Source: Pelomyxa schiedti
Taxonomy: Eukaryota > Protista > Evosea
Assembly: GCA_020536535.1 (NCBI GenBank)
Contig: JAHLWZ010000985.1
Coordinates: 1 to 33,132 of the forward strand
DNA: 33,132 bases
Direction: 5' to 3'
Positions 1-9,569 of this stretch are shown here, one piece after another. Every line of letters begins with the position of its first letter. Position 1 is the first letter of the stretch. Below the pieces are notes generated by a model, which saw only the letters and a program-made list of their open reading frames with translations, was not told the origin of the DNA and ran no database searches. Both the position numbers and the translations under genes were made by a program.

Positions 1-193
1 TTGAAGGTAATATCAACAAAAGTCAGTTCATCAACGAAATAAGAGCATAATAGATAGTACCACTGCACAAGAACTGAAAACAGTAGTCACCTTTGTCACG
101 AGCCGGAATTCCCAAAAAAAAAAAGAACAAAATGAACTCAAAAAAACTCAACCAAAATCGAACTGGGCAAGATCCACCCAAGTTGGGGACCGG

Positions 194-2095
194 ATGGATG
201 TCGCGTGTAAGGTTGTTGGGTTCCCGTTTAAGGCACGGGTGAGAGCGGCGTGGATTGTTGTATTCGGCATTGCTATCGACTTTGGTATTTCTTCTGTAGA
301 GCTGATGTGACTTTTTTTTTTTCTTTTCTTCCCCTCCTAACAGGGTTGTATGATTCTATGGTTCCGTTGATGCCTATTTATCAATCTATGATGGAGTGAG
401 TGAGTCAAAGTTAGACTTTTTTCTTGGGTTATCTAATTGTTCTTTTCAAACAGGCTGAGCCAGACACAAGTGGGTGTATTTTTTGGAATTTATAGCCTTG
501 TGGCTTTGGTTGTCTCGTTTCCAGTGGGAATACTGTCCGATAAAGTGGGCCACTTAAAACTGTATTTTATCGAACTTCCTTGTGTACTTTCCTAACAGAT
601 TCAGGTGGTTGGTGGGATCTGGATTTCTCCTCACTTTTTCTTCCCTCATGTTCGCTTTTGCAAATTCCTATGGTGTTCTTCTTGGTGCTCGTTGTCTTCA
701 GGGGTAAGGTACAACAGAAAATATGTGAGTCTTACATTTCCGGCAGTTTTTCTTCTTCGATCTCATGGACGGTGTGAAAATCTATTTCTATGACAACATT
801 CAACTTTATTTTAGGTCGCAATAGCGTATATGGCTATACCTTACAAAGAGTCATTTGCAGCAGTTTTTGGCATTGCTTCAGTGTGCTTGTTATTTTTCTT
901 TTGTGAGACTTAACTCCTCAAAACAGGCAGCATGTCTCGTCGGATCTTTGATATTACCGGCAGTTACTGGATGGTTATACATGGTCCAGGATGATGTTTT
1001 CCTTCCTTGCATTACTATTGCTGGAGTCTGCGCTTTGAGCTGTCTTCTTGACTTCACTCTCCCGTCTTTCAGCTCTTCACCAAGTATGAGTCCGACGTCG
1101 GCTACTGCTCCACGTGTGCCAGTTAATGTGGATGAGAGTTATGCGGACTCGACCTACGGGTCTGCGTTATTGGCCACAGAAAAGCCGCCAGCGGCTAAAC
1201 AACTACCAATGAAAGTGCTTTTACACTCCTCAGGGTTGTGGTGCGTGTACTGCTCTAATTGTTTGCTGTCTCTGCACCTGGGCTTTGAGTGTGCTTCCTG
1301 AGCTTGGTCAAAATTTAGTCTGCTTACTCGGAGTAGATACATATGTTTTCCGCTATACATGTCTGATGTCTTGCACCTTTCAAGTGGCTTTGTTGGATCC
1401 ATTTTTGCTGTCTCTGTACTCTGTACTCGCTCAAAATCAGAGATTGTTTGGCTTGTAGCACACTAATGCACTCCTTAGTGGACATCATTGTCTCTGCACT
1501 TCTTGGACCATTGATGGACAAAATTCCACGTTCAAAGCTTGTTGTAATGCTTATATCTGGTTGGATAGCAGCGTCACTGCCACTTCTGACTCTAGTTTGC
1601 ACAAATAAGTGGGTGTTCTCTGCTCTGTATGTTATACAAACAACGGCATTGCAAATTTGTGTACTCCCAGAGATTACCCTGTTTTTCCGCATCTACCTTA
1701 AGTTGTGCGGCACCTCCCCCTCTTCATCAGAAACAGAGTCCACTACCAAATTTGATGATGCGACTTCTTATGGCAAGGCTTTTGGAGCCTTCAACTCCTC
1801 CTTCTATCTTGGTATCCCCTACACGCGCACTAGTAAGTTGCAAAATAACAATAACCAACTCCATCCAGGTCTAGCACTGAGCACCGCCCTTTCACCCCTA
1901 TGGGAAGTAATTGGTTCCTTTTATATGTTCTGTATAACTGGATCCCTGGTTTTCAGTGCTTTGGTTGTCACGTCTACCAAGTATTACTGCAGTATTTTTA
2001 AACAAGGTGCCCTGCACACAAACTGCCTTCTTCAACTCACAACCCAATCCCTCAGAAACATGACTGCACGTGGCTCAATCACCACGCCTTTCTAG
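194..2095 (+). CDS. Major facilitator superfamily transporter (DHA1/SLC18-like), multi-exon
   Basis: Spliced translation from ATG194: MDVACKVVGFPFKARVRAAWIVVFGIAIDFGLYDSMVPLMPIYQ...FPVGILSDKVG (motif A)...LLGARCLQG; second-half motif LGPLMDKIPR; many hydrophobic helices. The 3' end is approximate. Confidence 0.8.
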
Positions 2096-2114
2096 GAAAA
2101 TAATCACAACAAAA

Positions 2115-3176
2115 ATGAACCGTTTTGTAGTTATTGTTGTTGGAGTGGCGACTTTTGTTTGTCTATCGGCAGCAGCTGATATTGTGAACCTCGATGTGCC
2201 CATGGTTCATCAGGTACAAACTAAAAAAAAGTGAAGTTAAAACAACTTGTCTGTGGTTTATAGGCCTCTGTCATGAGGCATACAAACAATAACACAACCA
2301 CACAGAAGTGGGATGTTCCCACTTGGTATGATGGCAGCTGGGGATGCGGACCAACCAGCACATTGATGGCCGTGGCCTATTGGGGGAGGTTGCTGCCATA
2401 CACAATTTGGTTGGATGAGCCTGATTCTCACACAAATGACTATGGCTGGTACTGCTTGTTTTGGGTGGGGTATCACTTTTGCTTGTTGTTTTTGATTTGT
2501 ACCTTCAGGTATGTGCCAAACGTATATACATGGGGGGAGACAACATTCAATGTTACGCAAGATGATGCGAGTGGAAATCCTGCTTGGGGTGCCTACGGCT
2601 GGTGCACAGTTGAAGGTATTGTTCTGTGCTAATTTCACTGTACGTTATACACTGACTTTGGTTTTTCCGCTTCCTCTTTTTGTTTTACCGCTATAAAGGT
2701 GCCGCTTGGGCTGAAAAGGTCAGAAAACACAGTTCCCTTTTTGAACTGCTAATTTTGATGCAGATGCAATCTTATGCAAATCAACACAATCTCCTCTCGG
2801 ATTTCAATCAAACGGCAACCCTTGACTATGTTAAATTATTGCTGGATAAAGGGCATGTTGTTGTTCTTGATACCTGGTGAGTATTCCATTTTCGTGCCCC
2901 TGTGCTTGTCGGTTCAACATTTAATTGCATTTACGGCAGGTTAACATCATCAGGCCACATAATTACTGTACGAGGCTATGATGATTCTGACAGAGTTATC
3001 TGTAATGACCCCTATGGCAATGCCAACAACAAGAAAACATATGGCACACTTACAGACGGAGGTATTTCGCATTGTATCCCATTCCCTCGACCTGAGGATC
3101 ACTATTAGAAAACGTGTATTACACATGGGACTTTGTGGGACCGAAGTGGATGATAGACGTTTACCCACCTCAGTAG
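2115..3176 (+). CDS. Secreted papain-fold peptidase, C39-like (Peptidase_C39_2-type), multi-exon
   Basis: Signal peptide MNRFVVIVVGVATFVCLSAAA; VPMVHQ|KWDVPTWYDGSWGCGPTSTLMAVAY (oxyanion Gln, catalytic Cys); SGHIITVRGYD (His); NDPYG (Asp); last exon ENVYYTWDFVGPKWMIDVYPPQ, stop 3174-3176. Confidence 0.8.
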
Positions 3177-3361
3177 GATCAAATCAAACTGACTAGGCGA
3201 AGTAAAATAACCTTGTCCAGTTCTAACAATTTGGAAATTCAAAACAGAAAGCCTTTAGCTTCGTATTGTAATTTGTTTTAAAAAGATGGCTACAGTGTAC
3301 GTGCTTATGTTTATTGGGTTGGCATGTGGGCAGTGGGTGTTTCGTTCTGTGGATGTTACGT

Positions 3362-5540
3362 TTATGTTCCCTTCTTGCACATCTTCTTGGCACAGTCACA
3401 GTAGCAACTGTCAGCCCAGTCCTGGATAAGGGTGTGCCTCTTGTGACAGAGCCGTGCACAGGTGTCGCAGTACCCCACTCTGGATGTCTTCCAGTCAGGG
3501 TTGCAAGTCTCACACCAATACCACTTCTGGGATGATGGGTTGCTGCCGGTGGCAACGTAGGTGCACTGGTTACGTGCCACGCATTGGGTGATAGCGTCTG
3601 CATAGGGATCGAATCGCTTGCAGCTTTGTTGCTCACAGTCACAGAAGCATTGCACACTGAACTTGTGAGTGAGGTTGTGTCCGGAGTGGCACCGCTCGGC
3701 ACAGGATTGGCAGCACCCAACACCAGTCTCGTCACAATTGGGGAAGCAGGTGTAGCAAGAGTAGAACTCCTGAGCACAGTAATTGGCGCCGGTCACAGTC
3801 CTTGTACATGTGTGCTGTGCCACTGCCTTCCTAATTCCATCTTCATAAGGATCAGGCTTCTTGCAGTCCGCATTCTGGCAATCACAGAAACTCTTGCTGC
3901 TTGGTACTACAACGAGGTCGTGGTTGGAGTGGCACCTCAGTGCGCAAGACTGGCAGTAACCAACTCGAGAAGTTTGCCAATCTGGGTTGCAGGTGTTGCA
4001 CCAGTTCCACGGCTGCGCTGTAAGGGTTTCCCCTGTAGCAGTGAGGGTACAAATGTGGTGCTCCAGGGCATACTCCAGTGTTTTGGTGGAATCGACTGGT
4101 CTGGTTTTTTCAGAAGATTAAAACTTTGTGAGTATAAAAGTACGAATTACGTTGGAGTAGGGGGTGCCACTGGAGTTGGGATAACCGCCGGAATCTGCAC
4201 TTGAGGAAGGGCGGTTGGACTTGTCACAATAGGCACAGACACAGTAATCCCAGAACTTGTAAGAGATGAAGTGCCAAGAGGAGTTTCACCGGACCCCGAC
4301 ACGGACGAACTGTCCTTGTGGTGGTGATGCTTGTGTTTATGGTGATGTTTGTGGCCATCCGGCGGTGGCGATGTTTCGACAACGGGGGTTGCCACCACAG
4401 GAGTGGCCACTACAGGGGTTGTTACTGGTGTGGGAGTTACTGGTGCTCGACTTACAGCTGGCATTGGAGTTGGAGTTGGTGTAGCGGTTGGTGTACTGGT
4501 AACTACAGGTGTGGGGGTGGGAGTTACTGCCGTTGGTGTTGCTGTAGTTTTTTCATCACGATTTTCTGCCCCACCTTCTACATTTTTTACTCCAGCAGTC
4601 TGTGTTGGTGCCTTTGAAGCTGAAAGGGGTTATTATATTGTGAAGCAAGTATTCACGTACCGGAAATGAGGTTGGTGAGAAGAAGAGGAGAATCTTCACA
4701 GAAGGTGAGCTCAATGATAAGCAAAGTGCCGCTATCCAAAACGCTTTCCACGAGGAACTGCACTTCAGGTTCGAGGAGAATTTCTAAAATTGAATTCGTT
4801 GTCAGTAAGCCTTGACACCTTAAGAAGCTCACCCCTTTCTGAAGGAACAAAAGAAAATGCTTGTAAGTCATATCCCCAAGAATTCTTCAGGAAGAATAGA
4901 GAGCCAGCACAAACGCCAGTTTCTTTGTTCGTCAAGAAATTTTTTGTAACTTCCATATCCAGTGAAGTGGAGGTAAAGCTGTGCCAGGTGATCCTATTAC
5001 CACGTCGATAGTGGTTCTGATCTACTGAGACACGAGTTGTAATGCCACGATATAGTCGCTCAGTTGCAGAGCAAGCAACACGTGGCATTTTGCGCAGTCC
5101 AGCCAATAGAAGGTAAAGAAGGCCACGCATCTTGCGAAGCATGAGAGTGCTGCGAGTATACAGGGCTTTATTAATAACACAGTATGGGTTTTTGTCGCTC
5201 TCCTCGGGGCCGAAGTCGAATGTATACAAGACAACAGCACATCTTTCTTCAATATTCATGTCAAAGCAATCTGCTTCACTGATCTTTTCTTTGTAAATTA
5301 CAGCTGCCACCAATCCAGCGTCTTTAGCCACTAACAAAAAAGAAGAAGGGGAGTTTTTACCGAACAAGCGCGTTCGACACACGCCTCGATAACTTCTTCG
5401 GCATGAGCAATGCCGGCGTCAACAACTGCACGGTCAAACGTGGGTACTTTCCAGTCGGAGGGGAAAAGTGGCGCCAGATCGTTCAAACGCGACAACAAGT
5501 CGTCGCCACCAATGTTCGCCGTAATAACTCGCGACGCCAT
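3362..5540 (-). CDS. Arg-specific-type mono-ADP-ribosyltransferase (R-S-ExE) fused through a Thr/Pro linker to three tandem UBR-type zinc fingers
   Basis: ATG5540. ART motifs: AVVLYT, NPYCVINKAL, RLYRG (~5042-5058), SFTSTS (~4960-4980), and PSEREILLEP after removing intron 4784-4832. GT-AG splices keep the frame into a TP-rich linker and three C-x-x-x-x-TG...Q-x-W/F-x-x-C-x-TC...C-x-x-CA-x-x-CH-x-x-H...CDC units. TAA at 3362-3364. The first intron donor is uncertain. Confidence 0.8.
4350..4545 (-). repeat. Thr/Pro/Val low-complexity coding repeats (TPVVA x3, TP dipeptides)
   Basis: Translation TPTPVVTSTPTATPTPTP...TPVTTPVVATPVVATPVVET. Confidence 0.8.
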
Positions 5541-5761
5541 CGCTCACGCCCTGTTACTTGCTTTTTATGCAAAATGAAAAAAAAAAGCAACGTTTTTTTT
5601 CGTCTCCTTCGCGCAGGGAAGCAGCGTAAAGGTGAAAACGGTTTTCAAAGAGAAGGAAAAAGCAATTGAGACCCAGACAAATCCAGTTTTTTTCCTCGGG
5701 CTGGTTCTAATCTGTTGTGCATTCCAGTGGGATAAAAATCAGATACCGGTTCTCTGGCACG

Positions 5762-5826
5762 GTGAGGTGTGACCCTCACTTCAGGGCAAGGATGATACTG
5801 TGGTTATCATCATGTGATCTTGCCCT
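5762..5826. other. Two adjacent inverted repeats (possible RNA structure) in the ART/cpRAS intergenic region
   Basis: gtgagg 5762-5767 / cctcac 5774-5779; agggcaag 5783-5790 / cttgccct 5819-5826 enclosing gatgata 5791-5797 / tatcatc 5805-5811. Confidence 0.3.
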
Positions 5827-6065
5827 TCTGCCCCTAAAAGAGCAACAACTCACTCTTCCTACTGCCCAACCGATTGTGGGAGAACCCGTCTCTACAAAAA
5901 TGAAAACCTCGCATTCAATGAACCAACTTCCGCAGAATTTCGGCACCGCTCAACGCGGGGAACGAAAAAATGTCCCTATGTACTTACCAAAGCCAATGTG
6001 GAGAATAAAGCAATAATAAAACCAAAAGCAAAGCAACAATACCCAACAACACCAACTCAACGAGA

Positions 6066-9000
6066 ATGCACTTTGGGAGTGAACTTGTGTTTTGCAGCAC
6101 GGGTACCAGCACCAGAGACGTTGCTTCTGCATCGTCATCATCACCTTGCACTTTTGGGGAGTGCCTGTGGGGCCCCTCATCCGTGGAATCTATTGAGGAA
6201 GATCTGCTGACGAGGTCAATCGGGGCTCCTTTGCCCAGTGCTACCTCTTTTGGACTACCGCCGGATGGGGGAGAGGAGGGCAGGTGCATGTTGGGTGAGT
6301 GTTTAAGATAACAGATATTAGATGTGTGTCAGATTCCTAATTGAAAAATAGAAATATTGGATACTGCAGGAACAGAACAATTCACTGCCATGAGGGATTT
6401 GTGTATGTTATTGTAATCGTGACATTGCAATTGATTGAAATAACTGAAGATATGAAGAATGGTGATGCGTTTATAATCATATACTCGATTATTTCCAGAG
6501 GCACCTTAAATGATGCTCGAGATATTCATGAACTTATTTCACGTGTCAAGGATAGTCCTTCGTTCCCCTGTGTTCTGATTGCAAATAAGATAGGTCAGCT
6601 AATTTAAGCAATTTCGTTTTCTGAACTTGGCAAATTAGATTTGCCTGAATCGAGGCTTATACCTGCAGAGGAGGGAAGAGCCCTTGCCGATTCGTGGGGT
6701 GCACCGTTCTTTGAGGTACTCCTGTGTGTATGTAGTTACCCACTAAATTCTCTAAATGTAGACTTCTGCCAAAGTACGTGTAAATGTGAATGAGGCTGTA
6801 TCCCAGCTTCTCAGAATAACTCCAAGAAAGCGGGAATACAAAATTGTGATTCTAGGTTCTGGAGGTGTAGGCAAGGTAAGTCATGAATCGATCTCCAAAC
6901 AAACTCAATGGTCAACACAGAGCTCATTTTGTGTGCAATTTGTGCAAGGAATCTTTGTCGAAAAATATGGTAGGCGTCCTGGTTTTGAATCACTCCATTT
7001 CACCAAAGCACATAGATCCCACAATTGAAGACTCCTACCGAAAAGAAATTTGTGTTAGTGGTCTACCTCCTTTTCCTGGGGCATCGAAGACGAAAACCAA
7101 GTCATCCAGCAGTGGTTTCTTCAATTGGTTCTCCAAAACAACTACGAGTTCTTCTGCCTCCACACCCAAGACAGCCAGTGGCCCTGTCGTAGTAGCGCCA
7201 ACAACAACAAATATCCTGGGATTGTCTCTAGGAACCCTAGCAGAGAAGATAGAATTGGCCACAGGGGATCCTGTATCATGTGCAGTATGTGGAGGGGCTG
7301 TAGATAGTCTCACACATGCAAATGGTAGAAGGATTCTGATATCAACAGCAATAACAATATAACAGGACCAACATGGGAATGTAATTTCTGTGGGCACACA
7401 AATTCCGGACCTGTTGAAGAAGAGTTGATTCTCCGAAAAGAAGCGGATTTCATGCTTCAAGCACCTGCTTCTGCTACAGGTGGTAGTCGAGAAGGACTGC
7501 TAATCCTGTGCGTTGATATCAGTGGTTCTATGTGTATCACTAGCGAAGTCCCAAAGGTACTGCGCACTTACAGTGATTTTTGGTTAATAGTTGCAGCTTC
7601 AAGCCGAGTGGATGAAGCTACAAAGTAAAACAAAGACCAAGACAGAACCCACTCTTGGGTCGGAAAAAATCAGCCGCACCACGCAGGTTATTAGTTACTT
7701 ATCTCGAATTAGTCTTAGTTCTCCCAGTTCCTTCCTCGTGAATCCCATGCTGCTTCCTATGTATCCAGAATGGTACTGAGACCTTTTTTCTTGAATTGGA
7801 TAACCAAGTTCAACTTAGGACTGCCTGAAAGCCGCACTTGAGTGGCAACTTGGGTGGCAACAAACACAAAATCCAGATAGAAGAGTTATTCTTCTGACAT
7901 GTAATATCCTCAATCATAGACCTTCATCTTATTTTGTAAAGTCAATAATTCTGTTACCGTTCTAAGTCCGGCAAAGAATGGTGCCGGCACAGCTGTTCTG
8001 GAGGGAGACATACTCGATAGCTATGACGAGCTATTTACAGCCGGAAGTTCTCATAGTATCACCGCAGTCCCTCCACTCAAAACAGGGATTGATGTTCTAC
8101 GACAACAAATTAAGGACATCTCTGAGGAAGGCTCAACCGCACTTGGTCCTGCTCTCACTGTTGCCTTGGGAATTGCTTCTCAAGTACCTGGATCCGAAGT
8201 TTTGATATGCACTGACGGTAGGATTGGTTTCTGTTCCCCTTTACTCATTTGTACAGGCATCTCCAATGTCGGAATTGGGAACCTAGAAAGCGGACACAAT
8301 GAGCTCTATGGGGTGGGCATTGAATATATTTTGCTATATAACCTTTTCTCATTAGCCACGTAGGAATTGGGTACCCTCGGGAAAAAGCAGGAAACAAAGG
8401 TTTCCATCATCGGAATTGAGGGTGATGATTGCGTGGCACTACGTACGATAGGAGAGTGCTGTGACAAGACAGGAGGGACTGTAAATTGTGTGAAAGCTAT
8501 AGAGCTTTTGACACAAATCGTCAAGTACGTACTTCTAACCAGTTTCTGAAAAACTAAAATTCCACGCAGGGTGTCACAAAGACCTGTTGTTGCCACCGAT
8601 GTAAAGGTGAAATTATATGCACCAAAATATATTTCCTGGAATCCACACCACTATACGAAAACCTCTTCACCAGCCAAAACCACTACTACAACCACCTCTA
8701 CAACTACAACTACCAGTTCTTCTGTTGTGTATCCCTCTGTCAGTGAAAACTCTTCTCCAAATATTCTCACTGCAATCATTGGCAATGCTACTGTAGAAAC
8801 TGATGTGGCTTTTTCTTTATCTTGCTCCCCAACCAAGCCTATAACCCAGATACCATTCCAAGTATTTCTGTTTCTGGAAGCTTTTCCCCAGACTAACAAC
8901 TCTCAGGTCCACATTGAGTACACAAGACAAGATGGATGCAAGTGCCTCAGGGTCCTACATCACCAAAGCAAAGCCACAACGGACCGGTGACTACAACCTT

Positions 9001-9495
9001 ATTCTTATCCCTTTTTTCACATATTACAGAAATGCAGCCGAATCCTCATGTGATGTGGCTGTGACAAGCCTATACCACATCCAGGACTTGGCCTGTGTGG
9101 CTCTTGAGGCCCTGACATCCCCAGACAAATCCAACAACAAATCCGTAGGCAAAGCCGCCAGAGCGAGGCTCTTTGCAACACACCAAATGCTCACAAGAGC
9201 ATCCAAGACTGCAGTTCAGAGAGAGGAGCTGGCGAATTCCATGAACTCGTTGCGGGAATTGGATTCAAACCTGAATTCCATAATAGGCGCTTCCGGCTCA
9301 CCTTCCAGCAAAAGTTCTGATGATGCTCAGGCCAAGGCACTTTACAACGCTAAGGCAACACACCTGATGTCACTTCTGAGTGGCGAGAGGAAGAACCTTC
9401 AGAGAAGGGTTGGTGCGTGCAATGATCAGCTTTCTGCATTGTACTATGGGTACAAATTTGCTGCTGATGCAAATCTTACCAGAACGGATTCTTGA
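6066..9495 (+). CDS. cpRAS: Circularly permuted Ras (cpRAS) with Sec23/24-like Zn finger and vWA domain
   Basis: Spliced order: G3 [13 protein letters not shown]4 ANKID, G5 ETSAK, G1 GSGGVGKS, G2 YDPTIEDSY; then CAVC...[10 protein letters not shown]; v[16 protein letters not shown]...GSTALGPAL...ICTDG. TGA at 9495. The start ATG6066 follows an A-rich leader. Confidence 0.9.
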
Positions 9496-9569
9496 ACACC
9501 CAAAACCTTGTAATGTAAAGGAAAAAGGAACAGAGTTTTTGTTATTGTATAAGATTGGTTTTTTTTGTC

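Noticed and set aside
2214-2305. Alternative in-frame acceptor (2263 versus 2305) in the peptidase intron 1
   Set aside because: Cannot be resolved without RNA data, and the 14-aa difference has no evident function.
4765-4832. ART apparently lacking the catalytic Glu (SERGELL in the ORF track)
   Set aside because: This is read-through into a 49-nt GT-AG intron; splicing restores SEREILL.
5783-5826. SECIS element or box C/D snoRNA
   Set aside because: The AUGA-to-UGA spacing is too short for SECIS, there is no apical AAR, it is not in a 3' UTR, and the C/D boxes are non-canonical.
5981-5988. TACTTACC resembling the U1 snRNA 5' end
   Set aside because: Not followed by CTG, U1 stem-loops or an Sm site.
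5717-6016. 99-aa ORF between ART and cpRAS
   Set aside because: Non-ATG start, no recognisable motif and no clear splice link to neighbours.
6350-7050. Two tandem truncated Ras/Rap genes
   Set aside because: The exons splice in frame into a single G3-G4-G5-G1-G2 domain followed by Zn finger and vWA, the known cpRAS layout.
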